A DNA stretch of 19,447 nucleotides from Neoechinorhynchus agilis. Taxonomy: Eukaryota; Animalia; Acanthocephala. Below are positions 1 through 11,042 of this stretch, in pieces (position 1 is the stretch's first letter; every line of letters starts with the position of its first letter). Location: contig JBMGUZ010000054.1 in NCBI GenBank assembly GCA_051530055.1, positions 1-19,447 of the forward strand. Reading direction: 5' to 3'. The notes beneath the pieces were generated by a model. It ran no database searches, was not told the origin of the DNA, and saw only the letters and a program-made list of their open reading frames with translations. The translations under genes and the position numbers were made by a program.

Positions 1-2639
1 TTAATATGTTTTAATGTGTTAAACTTGACAGCGAATTAATAACATTTCTCGGATCTTAGAAACACCCTAATTTAACACATAAAGCAAATATTCGTTTACT
101 TTTCTCCAATTGAGCAACATTTGAGTGTGAACACTCAATAATCTATATTTGATGATGGTGATAAGAAACTCCATGGTCGTGCAACCAATCAGCTTTCAGC
201 ATTTTATCTAACCATCTAGTAGACGTAGGCGTGCTCTATGAGTACACTCACTCATTCGTATTAATCTACAAGCAATCGGTTCAGAAGATGTTCGACGCAC
301 TCTTACTGATCACAGCAACAATATCAATTGCAATTATTCAGAAATTGGACTTTTACATGTTCTTAAGTGTTACAATCAGTGTAAACATTGAACCAAGATC
401 AACGAATCAACGAAGCCGAAACGTATATTCAAAGAAATTCACCGAGAAACTGCTAATAATTGCTCAAGAAATGTCCTAAAAGAACGATTCCACAAATAAG
501 GTTTTGATGCATATTTTAACTATTAAAATCGTATTGTTTGAATGTACACCCAAAATCAGTCCGCCATTTCATCTATTTTCCACGGAAATGCATTTTTCCC
601 AATGATTCAGTCTTCTACTCATTGTTTAAAAATAAATTTCGTACATGTTGCGTTCTAAATAGTGTTTTAAGATAAAAAAAAGGGTTCATCATCAGTTCTA
701 AAATACAAGTGGATGTCAGTTCGAAACATCAATTGGAACAATAAAAGTAATCTGCGCTGCGCAGAAGCTGTCCAGAAGCATAAGTGCATCAAATAAACCA
801 AAATCTACTAATCGAATAAAAAAAAACAATTTTACCAACCATAGAAAGGGAGAGTTTGGGTATTGAGGAGCTTAGAGATCGCTCAAACTCAGCTTCTACT
901 CTACTTCTCTCTCCCATTCTTAATTTAGGATTCATTAGAGTCTCAGATTTTGGATCGACATTTTTAAAAATTGAAATAATTCTATTTTTAAAGCTGTCGA
1001 TTGGTTTCGGGTTTTTTTTGCTGTGGATACTCAGACACAAAATTGTGCCTCCGAAATCAGTCGGATCTTAAAATAAAATCATTATAAAACAACCAACATG
1101 AACAATTCAATGTTCAGCTGCTTATTTTAACGCAATTGGAATCTAGGTGATCCCTTGAATATCTACAGCAAAAACGTCGGATTTAAAAATCATTTTAATT
1201 TCCTCGTTCTTAATAGTCATAAAGTACGTTAAAAATATAAAAGAGTCTTATTTGGGCAGTTCAAATTAATATTAAAATAGATAATAAAAAAACTTTAAAT
1301 ATTAATATTTCCAATGAATATTTTTTAACCTTGAAGCATAAGTCACTAAGGTAATGCAGATAAGACATTATTTCTAAGACTCGAAGCTTCATATTTCAAT
1401 GCGGCATCCCTAAGGAAAAATATTGTGAAAAAGATATATAAAGTCGGTTTTACTGAAGGTATCACGACGAAAAGTGATCTTCTCCCATTACACGAGTTTC
1501 AACCGCTTTTTTCTTATTTTCCTTAAAAAAGAATTTGGGGCTCAAATTTTGTACAATTTATGTTAATTACAACAAAATTGCAAAAAATAAAGTTAATAAA
1601 TCAAAAGCTTCGAGCATTTCTCGCGCACAACTTAGCGATTATTTTGGCTGACTGAATATGTATTGTTCTCTTTAATAGTCTGCCAAAGGTAAAAAATACA
1701 CAATAAACCGTCAATTTGTTGTAATTTTGGAAATATGCGTTTGTCAAAGTTCAAAAAGTAAAAAAAGGCAATTTGTTGTCCGCTTTTATTGGAAGAAATA
1801 TTGATTTTGAACAAAATCTAACACGTATTTTAGCTTCTCTTTAAGCTTCTTTAATTCTCTCGCAAATTTTCAGTTGGTTAAAAAGTATTTTAGTATAAAT
1901 TCGTTTCAAAGCTGCCGCCAAAGCTATTAAGGTCATAAAATATTAGTTCAGGCTGGAAGCACTTATCTCTATCACGGGTGAGATCAAAGAATCTTTGAGC
2001 ACCTCAAAAGATCCGATTTTTGCCTTAATTGCTTTATTTGCTAACGCCCATAAAAAGGTAAAGTCAATAAAAAAATTATTTCTGTTCCAAAAATATAATA
2101 CAAAGATCGCTGCAGGCATTTCATCAAGAATTGGTGGCTATTGTTCATCTCTAAAACCTTTCCTATTGTTTTTTGAAGTTTTGGAGAAATTACTAAGCTT
2201 CGATTAATATAACCATGGAAAAAGATGAAAATATTTGCATTTTATATATCACAAATTAAATTTTTGAGTTGTAATAAATTAATTTTTTTATTGTAGGACG
2301 AATACAGCTCGTGGACATAAAATCTCTGTTACATCGCTAAAAATTCTCAAATTGAAAAAGCAATTTGTCTAGTAAGCTAAATCGCTACAAAAATGCAGCA
2401 AATTTGGATTTATATGCCGATAACCCAACATAACTGAAAATTAATCTTATGACACAGAACGAATCCAGCATTTTTAAACTAGAAACTCTAATTATACAAT
2501 TCCGAGTTTTTACTTGGCAATCGTAGGAAAAAATTTACGCAAAAAACAACTCATTAGACTCATTTGGCCACATTTATGAATTAAGGATTGTGGGAAAAGT
2601 TATGAGGAGGGAATATTATTTTATCACTCGGATCAAAAG

Positions 2640-2790
2640 TTTTCTTATGTATTCTGGCAAGTGTTTTAGAACCTTCCCTTACTCAGCTTTTTCCTTTAAA
2701 GGCACACAGCCAACTAATATCTTTGATCAGGGAAACACATAAAATCACCTGAATTCGGAAACGTACGGTTATGAGTTTTGTACATTTTTA
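2640..2790 (-). repeat. Inverted, diverged copy of the 3.0-4.2 kb repeat monomer
   Basis: The reverse complement (AATGTACAAAACTCATAACCGT...GATCAAAGATATTAGTTGGCTGTGTGCCTTTAAAGGAAAAAGCTGAGTAA...AGAATACATAAGAAA) aligns with 3124-3285 (AATGTACAAACTCATTACCGT...GATCCAAGATATCAGTTGGCTGTGTGCCTTTAAAGGAAAAAGCCGAGTAA...AGAAGACATAAGAAA). Confidence 0.85.
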
Positions 2791-2977
2791 CGGGTTTCCT
2801 CCTTTCAACGCTATTTCGTCCCCTTTATTTCTAAATCAGAGATGCTTAAAAGAAAAAGATTAAAAGTTCCATTTGATAAGGATGGCGAGTTTAAACTCAT
2901 TCTTTTTTGTCGAAGCATTTCATTACGATGGAAGCATATTTCCTTTTTTTATTTCTAAAAAGCAAGCATCGCCCCAG

Positions 2978-4345
2978 TATTGAGAAATAATAACGAAGGT
3001 TATGAAGTTTTTTCGTAATGAAAGTTCGTGTGAGTAATCGGCGATCGTGGATGTCAAACCTCTGACCCTGAAACATGGATTCGAGTCTAAAGTCAACTGG
3101 ACGACCTCAAAACGACTGCGGAATGTACAAACTCATTACCGTGTGGTTCAGCGGGGTATTAAGTGATTCAATCATTTCTTTGATCCAAGATATCAGTTGG
3201 CTGTGTGCCTTTAAAGGAAAAAGCCGAGTAAAGAACGCTCAAAAAACTTAATATAACCGACTTGATAGAAGACATAAGAAAAAATATTTTATTGAGATAT
3301 TCCGAAAGAGGAAACATCATCCGATCAATGATTGTTTAAATATTGAGAAATAATAACGAAAATAATTTCGTACTATATAAATTTCTTTATTGTTTCTAAA
3401 TACTGAAACAATTATTGATCGGGCGAAGCTTCTTCTTTCGAAATATTTTAAAATAATCAAAAATACGATCCGCCGATCTGGTTCAAAGAAGCGGATAAAA
3501 TCACACTTAATACCTTCCTGAAGCTTACTGAAGGCGACGATATTTCGTTTAAATCGGCCCTGTGAGTAATCGGCGATCGTGGATGTCAAACCTCTGACCC
3601 TGAATCATGGATTCGAGTCTAAAGTCAACTGGACGACCTAAAAACGACTGCGGAATGTACAAACTCATTACCGTGTGGTTCAGCGGGGTATTAAGTGATT
3701 CAATCATTTCTTTGATCCAAGATATCAGTTGGCCGTGTGCCTTTAAAGGAAAAAGCCGAGTAAAGAACGCTCAAAAAACTTAATATAACCGACTTGATGA
3801 AGCAAAGAAGCGGATAAAATCACACTTAATACCCTTCTGAAGCCTACTGAAGGCGACGATATTTCGTTTAATTCGGCCGTGTGAGTCATCGGCGATCGTG
3901 GATGCCAAACCTCTGACCCTGAAACATGGATTCGAGTCTAAAGTCAACTGGACGACCTCAAAACGACTGCGGAATGTACAAACTCATTACCGTGTGGTTC
4001 AGCGGGGTATTAAGTGATTCAATCATTTCTTTGATCCAAGATATCAGTTGGCTGTGTGCCTTTAAAGGAAAAAGCCGAGTAAAGAACGCTCAAAAAACTT
4101 AATATAACCGACTTGATAGAAGACATAAGAAAAAATATTTTATTGAGATATTCCGAAAGAGGAAACATCGTCCGATCAATGATATCTGGTTCAAGGAAGC
4201 GGATAAAATTACAATTAATACCCTCCTGAAGCCTACTGAAGGCGACGACATTTCGTTTAATTCAGAACCCTTTGACCCACTTAAACTGGAATCAGGAGAT
4301 TTAGTCCACTTGACCACCTCGGCACAACTCCGGAATGTTTCCAAA
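2978..4345 (+). repeat. Complex tandem repeat: three near-identical ~240-305 bp blocks plus a diverged fourth partial copy
   Basis: The block TGTGAGT(A/C)ATCGGCGATCGTGG... starts at 3029, 3561 and 3880. The block (TCTGGTTC)AA(A/G)GAAGCGGATAAAAT...TTTCGTTTAA occurs at ~3477, ~3804 and ~4185. TATTGAGAAATAATAACGAA occurs at 2978 and 3341. A diverged copy of the first block lies at 4264-4345. Confidence 0.92.
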
Positions 4346-4612
4346 ACCAGGATGTTTCCTAATTGGTTGATATTTATCTTAACAACGAACAATGGCGACT
4401 TGTCTCAAGTGTGTTCAGAGACAATCTTCAAGGAAGACCAACAGATGAGGTACAGCCGTCGACAGTTACATCATCCAATTATTTTATCCATGGATGTTCG
4501 TCGTCAATCTGTTCGCCGTACAGATTGTCCTAATCCCAGAATATTGTACACAGATACCATTTGGTTGCCATCTAAGACATATTCTAAAGACCATCAATGT
4601 CCCATAACATGA
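4103..4612 (+). pseudogene. Stop-free reading frame with no ATG at its 5' end; possible exon or gene relic of unknown family
   Basis: Extending the 4310 ORF upstream gives an open frame from 4103 (YNRLDRRHKKKYFIEIFRKRKHRPINDIWFKEADKITINTLLKPTEGDDISFNSEPFDPLKLESGDLVHLTTSAQLRNV...). Differences from the upstream repeat copies are biased to synonymous positions. No domain recognised. Confidence 0.3.
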
Positions 4613-4723
4613 CTTGTTGTCAGTAGCGTTTGTGGGAACATTATCTCGCTCTTACACATACACTTCAACAAGTATTTCTATCTGTACTCCAAAAACGGGG
4701 ACGTTTCCATAACAACCACTAAG

Positions 4724-5236
4724 ATGCGATGTGCGATCAAAATAGGACGAATGATGGTCACCTACGAATCCGTGGTTGCCTGCTGTGAACATTTTATAGG
4801 CAAATTGAACGGGTTCTGGCGTAGGCTGGTTCAATTGTTTGTTATACCACCACAAAATGAAATGGACTATGGGTCTTTGAACGAAGAAATGAATAGTGAT
4901 AGTCTCGACGGTAGTCAAGTTGTCTTGATTGAAGATTTAAACGCAACCGGTGCAATCAATGTTAACGGAGACGTTGGGAACTCGTTTCATGTTTTGAACA
5001 ACGCCGGATTTGAGCCATCGGAAATGAACATTAGTGAACTATTGACAACAGTAAAACAACAAGAAGAACTCATTAGGTACTTGACTCATACCATTGAAGT
5101 TATCAAAAATCAACATGCTGAATTAATGGATGAGTATTTCGACAAAGTTGACGCTTACGATCGACTTGTGTTCAGTCTAGAAAATGTCGTTTCAAATTAC
5201 AAAAATGTAAAAGATGTCGAAGCAGAAATCGTTTGA
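4724..5236 (+). CDS. Hypothetical protein (170 aa) with an acidic middle and a probable coiled-coil C-terminus; may be the last exon of a larger gene
   Basis: True ATG start, single-copy sequence, and a longer ORF than expected in this AT-rich background. The C-terminus has heptad-like character (ISELLTTVKQQEELIRYLTHTIEVIKNQHAELMDEY). No family recognised. Confidence 0.45.
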   Translation: MRCAIKIGRMMVTYESVVACCEHFIGKLNGFWRRLVQLFVIPPQNEMDYGSLNEEMNSDSLDGSQVVLIEDLNATGAINVNGDVGNSFHVLNNAGFEPSEMNISELLTTVKQQEELIRYLTHTIEVIKNQHAELMDEYFDKVDAYDRLVFSLENVVSNYKNVKDVEAEIV

Positions 5237-5391
5237 GAAATTGGACGAAATTTGTATATTCAAACAAAGTGATCCGAATGCGAGAATTTAAATTATATTG
5301 CACAAAAAACATCGTTTATGGCTTAATAATTTCATTGACCGGTTATTAATTTTTTCCTTGGGCACACAGCCCATCGATCTGGTTGTTTACA

Positions 5392-5575
5392 GATCCTCAG
5401 ATACCTTCCGAGGGAGGAGGAAAGACTAATTCGTGAGTTTCCTCCTTTCAGCGGTTGGCCCAAATTAAAAAACTAAAAATCGGCAGAATCCGTAGTTGCG
5501 CCGAGGCGGTCTAAGACGAAATACAACCGAAGGCATTAAACTATCGGATTAGTCTTCGGGAGGTATCTGAGGATC
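5392..5575. repeat. Small foldback (MITE-like) inverted repeat
   Basis: Perfect 15-bp inverted repeat GATCCTCAGATACCT (5392-5406) / AGGTATCTGAGGATC (5561-5575). Pairing continues inward to AAGACTAAT (5422-5430) / ATTAGTCTT (5548-5556) across a ~10-nt bulge. No target-site duplication seen. Confidence 0.6.
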
Positions 5576-6353
5576 CGGAATGATGTACAAAACTATGTTC
5601 AACAACATAAAGATCAAACTGCGAGAGAAGCTGTGTTCAGTAATGGGATAGGCGAATTACGCTAATATTTGATTGTTCGGTAAAGAATTAGCAAGATTAC
5701 ATCAATGATCAAAAACTCAATATCGCGATTTTCAAAATGACCTCTTCGGCTGATATCTGAGCTCGTCGCTTCAAAGCAGAGAGCTGCGGCTAAGAAATAG
5801 ATTTAATCAAATGAAATATTGATTGGTTGGTATTCGACTTCGAGTTAAAAAATATACTACCCTTTCGAGGAAAATAAATAAAAAAACCTAAATATTAAGC
5901 AGACGATCGAATTTCAACTGAATTAAAAATATTTGATGAAATAAATCGCACTTCAATAATCAAGATCAATCCCAAAACATTTTTTTGAGTAATTTTGATA
6001 TTTGAAATACCCACACAAAGGTCACAAAAAACCTCCACAGTTTTCACCAAACCGGAATAAGGTTCTTAGCCAAAAAGCACAAAAAAACAAGACGTTGAAC
6101 AACATTTCTATTTACGCGAAAATAGAAAACAAAAATGCTTTTGTGGGCTTGCGAATTGTTTACGTGATTACCATGAAATGTTCACGGTGGATTGTTGCTG
6201 AACCCCCATCCCAACGAGATATAAGAAGGTGCGGTAAGCTTACATCCAGAACATTACTCGTGAGCTTGCTCAAGTTCTTCACCATCGACGAATAGAAACT
6301 TTATATACGGCTAAGGAGAATGCCAACAGCTTCACAAATCAAAAAATCATTTG

Positions 6354-6613
6354 AATCATTATCCAGTAAGTTTGAAATTTGTTAAAAAGTAGTCGTTCAT
6401 CCGCACCGCGACCGTATTCGCCAAGACCGTAGAATTCAAAAAATCATTATCTAATAAGTTTGAAATTTGTTAAAAAGTAGTCGTTCATCCGCATCGCGAC
6501 CGTATTCGCCAAGACCGTAGAATTCAAAAAATCATTATCTAATAAGTTTGAAATTTGTTAAAAAGTAGTCGTTCATCCGCATCGCGACCGTATTCGCCAA
6601 GACCGTAGAATTC
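6354..6613 (+). repeat. Minisatellite, about 3 x 88 bp
   Basis: TAAGTTTGAAATTTGTTAAAAAGTAGTCGTTCATCCGCA(C/T)CGCGACCGTATTCGCCAAGACCGTAGAATTC recurs at 6367, 6455 and 6543 (period 88). Confidence 0.97.
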
Positions 6614-7324
6614 GAAAAGAGAGAAATCTACGCTTCTTATGCCTTAACTATCTAATTCACACTCTTTAAAAGTGGCCAATCCAATCGATTTAATTCTATA
6701 TTTGAGATCAGATTTGTAGTTTTAAGAACTAGCTTTATGTGAGCATAATCGCCAAGGGTGATTCATTAAAGATTTAAGCTGCAGATCTAACAAACTAGTT
6801 CCTAATTTCAATTGAATGAACATTTAAAATAATGTAAAAGAAACCGTGAAAACCAACGCTTTCGTTTCTTTATTTTTGTAACTTTAACGACATTTTGAAA
6901 TTTTAAAGTGTACCGTTTGCTTTCGTGTTGGACAGTTTAAAAATGCGTAAGAGAAAGCATAAAAATTAGAGGATAAAAATTAAGATAGATTCTTCGAATG
7001 GACATAACGCATCTCATGCCAGTCACTTCAATCAAAAGGGTCAAAGCTGCATATTCCTGAGATTAAACGTTTTCTCCTACCCGACAGTACAAAATCCCAA
7101 AAAGATTATTTCGATTAATAAGCCTAAAGCTGGACGTAATTTGGATAAGGCTTAAAAAACGCATTCGGCTTATGTAGAATTTTGGAAAAAGAAAAAAACA
7201 ATCCATCATCGATTGAAAGTACTAAGCTTCTTTTCAAACTAAACAGAGAGACGAATCCTTTATTTGAAGAGACGAAAATCCCCAGTTTGCGAGCATAAAA
7301 ACTCGAAACCGAAATTTCGGCGTA

Positions 7325-10300
7325 AAACTCTGAAAAGGAAATTCACCCAAAAAAAAGAGTAGATTTTTTAAGAAACCCTATTTTCCATTTTTAAAACTGA
7401 ACGAACGAATCCTTGAGTGTAGGAGAAAAAGGCCCGTTCCCAGCCCACCGTCCTTTCCCGACAGCCACTCGAGTGAGCGCATTCTCTTACGTCATCGTTT
7501 TGTTTACGCGACGATTAAAGGCTCAAAAACTCTCATTCCTGTGGATTTGGAAACAAAAACCTCTGGAAAGTTCACCTGTGGAAAAAAGAGTAGATTTTTT
7601 AACAAATCCAATTTCCCATTTTTGAAATTGAACGAATCATTGAGTGTAGGAGAAAAAGGCCCGTTCCCAGCCCTTCGTCCTCTGCCACTCGAGTGAGCGC
7701 ATTCTGTTACGTCATCGTTTTGTTTACGCGACGATAAAAGGCTCAAAAACTCTCATTCCTGTGGATTTGGAAACAAAAACCTCTAGAAAGTTCACCTGTG
7801 GAAAAAAGAGTAGATTTTTTAACAAATCCAATTTCCCATTTTTGAAATCAACAAAACCGTGTTCCCAGCCCACCGTCCTCCCCGACCGCCACTCGAGTGA
7901 GCGCATTCTCTTACGTCATCGTTTTGTTTACGCGACGATTAAAGGCTCAAAAACTCTCATTCCTGTGGATTTGGAAACAAAAACCTCTAGAAAGTTCACC
8001 TGTGGAAAAAAGAGTAGATTTTTTTTAACAAATCCAATTTCCCATTTTTGAAATTGAACGAATCATTGAGTGAAGGAGAAAAAGGCCCGTTCCCAGCCCA
8101 TCGTCCTCCCCGACAGCCACTCGAGTGAGCGCATTCTCTTACGTCATCGTTTTGTTTACGCGACGATTAAAGGCTCAAAAACTCTCATTCCTGTGGATTT
8201 GGAAACAAAAACCTCTAGAAAGTTCACCTGTGGAAAAAAGAGTAGATTTTTTTTAACAAATCCAATTTCCCATTTTTGAAATCAACAAAACCGTGTTCCC
8301 AGCCCACCGTCCTTTCCCGACCGCCACTCGAGTGAGCGCATTCTGTTACGTCATCGTTTTGTTTACGCGACGATTAAAGGCTCAAAAACTCTCATTCCTG
8401 TGGATTTGGAAACAAAAACCTCTAGAAAGTTCACCTGTTGAAAAAAGAGTAGATTTTTTAACAAATCCAATTTCCCATTTTTGAATCAACAAAACCGTTC
8501 CCAGCCCACCGTCCTTTCCCGACAGCCACTCGAGTGAGCGCATTCTCTTACGTCATCGTTTTGTTTACGCGACGATTAAAGGCTCAAAAACTCTCATTCC
8601 TGTGGATTTGGAAACAAAAACCTCTAGAAAGTTCACCTGTTGAAAAAAGAGTAGATTTTTTTTAACAAATCCAATTTCCCATTTTTGAAATCAACAAAAC
8701 CGTGTTCCCAGCCCTTCGTCCTTTCCCGACCGCCACTCGAGTGAGCGCATTCTCTTACGTCATCGTTTTGTTTACGCGACGATTAAAGGCTCAAAAACTC
8801 TCATTCCTGTGGATTTGGAAACAAAAACCTCTAGAAAGTTCACCTGTGGAAAAAAGAGTAGATTTTTTTTAACAAATCCAATTTCCCATTTTTGAAATCA
8901 ACAAACCCGTGTTCCCAGCCCTTCGTCCTTTCCCGACCGCCACTCGAGTGAGCGCATTCTCTTACGTCATCGTTTTGTTTACGCGACGATTAAAGGCTCA
9001 AAAACTCTCATTCCTGTGGATTTGGAAACAAAAACCTCTAGAAAGTTCACCTGTGGAAAAAGAGTAGATTTTTTTTAACAAATCCAATTTCCCATTTTTG
9101 AAATCAACAAACCCGTGTTCCCAGCCCTTCGTCCTTTCCCGACCGCCACTCGAGTGTGCGCATTCTGTTACGTCATCGTTTTGTTTACGCGACGATTAAA
9201 GGCTCAAAAACTCTCATTCCTGTGGATTTGGAAACAAAAACCTCTAGAAAGTTCACCTGTCGAAAAAAGAGTAGATTTTTTTAACAAATCCAATTTCCCA
9301 TTTTTGAAATTGAACGAATCATTGAGTGTAGGAGAAAAAGGCCCGTTCCCAGCCCTTCGTCCTCTGCCACTCGAGTGAGCGCATTCTGTTACGTCATCGT
9401 TTTGTTTACGCGACGATTAAAGGCTCAAAAACTCTCATTCCTGTGGATTTGGAAACAAAAACCTCTAGAAAGTTCACCTGTTGAAAAAAGAGTAGATTTT
9501 TTTTAACAAATCCAATTTCCCATTTTTGAAATCAACAATCTTATGAAAAAACCCGTTCCCAGCCCTTCGTCCTTTCCCGACCGCCACTCGAGTGAGCGCA
9601 TTCTGTTACGTCATCGTTTTGTTTACGCGACGATTAAAGGCTCAAAAACTCTCATTCCTGTGGATTTCGAAACAAAAACCTCTAGAAAGTTCACCTGTTG
9701 AAAAAAGAGTAGATTTTTTTTAACAAATCCAATTTCCCATTTTTGAAATTGAACGAATCATTGAGTGTCGGAGAAAAGCCCGTTCCCAGCCCTTCGTCCT
9801 CTACCACTCGAGTGAGCGCATTCTCTTACGTCATCGTTTTGTTTACGCGACGATTAAAGGCTCAAAAACTCTCATTCCTGTGGATTTGGAAACAAAAACC
9901 TCTAGAAAGTTCACCTGTGAAAAAAGAGTAGATTCGCGACGATTAAAGGCTCAAAAACTCTCATTCCTGTGGATTTGAAACAAAAACCTCTGGAAAGTTC
10001 ACCTGTTGAAAAAAGAGTAGATTTTTTAACAAATCCAATTTCCCATTTTTGAAATGAACGAATCATTGAGTGGGAGAAAAAGCCCGTTCCCAGCCCTTCG
10101 TCCTCCGCCACTCGAGTGAGCGCATTCTGTTACGTCATCGTTTTGTTTACGCGACGATTAAAGGCTCAAAAACTCTCATTCCTGTGGATTTCGAAACAAA
10201 AACCTCTAGAAAGTTCACCTGTTGAAAAAAGAGTAGATTTTTTTTAACAAATCCAATTTCCCATTTTTGAAATCAACAAAACCGTTTCCCAGCCCACCGT

Positions 10301-10788
10301 CCTTTCCCGACCGCACTCGAGTGAGCGCATTCTGTTACGTCATCGTTTTGTTTACGCGACGATTAAAGGCTCAAAAACTCTCATTCCTGTGGATTTGGAA
10401 ACAAAAACCTCTAGAAAGTTCACCTGTTGAAAAAAGAGTAGATTTTTTAACAAATCCAATTTCCCATTTTTGAAATTGAACGAATCATTGAGTGTCGGAG
10501 AAAAAGGCCCGTTCCCAGCCCTTCGTCCTCTGCCACTCGAGTGAGCGCATTCTGTTACGTCATCGTTTTGTTTACGCGACGATTAAAGGCTCAAAAACTC
10601 TCATTCCTGTGGATTTGGAAACAAAAACCTCTAGAAAGTTCACCTGTGGAAAAAAGAGTAGATTTTTTTTAACAAATCAAATTTCCCATTTTTGAAATCA
10701 ACAAAACCGTATTCCCAGCCCTTCGTCCTTTCCCGACCGCCACTCGAGTGTGCGCATTCTGTTACGTCATCGTTTTGTTTACGCGACG
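7325..10788 (+). repeat. Satellite array A: ~16.5 monomers of ~205 or ~220 bp
   Basis: The anchor palindrome CACTCGAGTG occurs 16 times (7466, 7686, 7890, 8118, 8325, 8527, 8734, 8941, 9147, 9368, 9585, 9805, 10109, 10314, 10534, 10741). A truncated monomer lies at ~9935 and a degenerate edge monomer at ~7325-7400. Confidence 0.98.
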
Positions 10789-10801
10789 CCGCGTTCGTCT
10801 C

Positions 10802-10836
10802 TGCGCGCGCGCGCGCGTGCGTGTGTGTGTGCGCGT
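10802..10836. repeat. (GC)n/(GT)n alternating purine-pyrimidine tract
   Basis: TGCGCGCGCGCGCGCGTGCGTGTGTGTGTGCGCGT is 35 nt of perfect alternation, in a CpG-rich patch upstream of the TBP-like gene. Confidence 0.9.
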
Positions 10837-10994
10837 TCTACACGCTCGCTCGAAATATAAGCGATTGTATGAGGCGCGTAGAGCGGGCTACACCCGCATT
10901 GCACACTCCGCCTCCGTAATTGACCACGCGCATTCGAGAGTAGACAGTGAACGTCGCTTGTTCAAGAAGGTGCGCTCTTCTTTTAATGTTCAAT

Positions 10995-11037
10995 CTTAAG
11001 AATTCTTCACTTCAGGTATCGCCATAACACTCTTTAG
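10995..11037 (+). promoter_or_regulatory. Candidate 3' splice or trans-splice acceptor(s) just before the TBP-like ATG
   Basis: A pyrimidine-rich leader is followed by CACTTCAG| (G at 11015) and CTCTTTAG| (G at 11037), the latter 5 nt before ATG 11043. No obvious upstream donor was identified. Confidence 0.35.
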
Positions 11038-11042
11038 GCTCT

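Noticed and set aside
231-2207. Short ORFs in the first 2.2 kb
   Set aside because: Non-ATG starts, AT-driven F/I/L/K-rich composition and no recognisable domain. Small exons cannot be excluded.
3140-3185. Pol III A-box-like TGGTTCAGCGG suggesting a tRNA-derived SINE
   Set aside because: There is no convincing downstream B-box or cloverleaf.
7325-10788. CRISPR-like repeat-spacer array
   Set aside because: The constant part is ~165 bp, the 'spacers' are two recurring variants rather than unique sequences, there are no cas genes, and the context is eukaryotic.
7413-10999. Short ORFs in array A and at its right boundary
   Set aside because: These are repeat shadows in varying frames. Homopolymer length changes shift frames freely.
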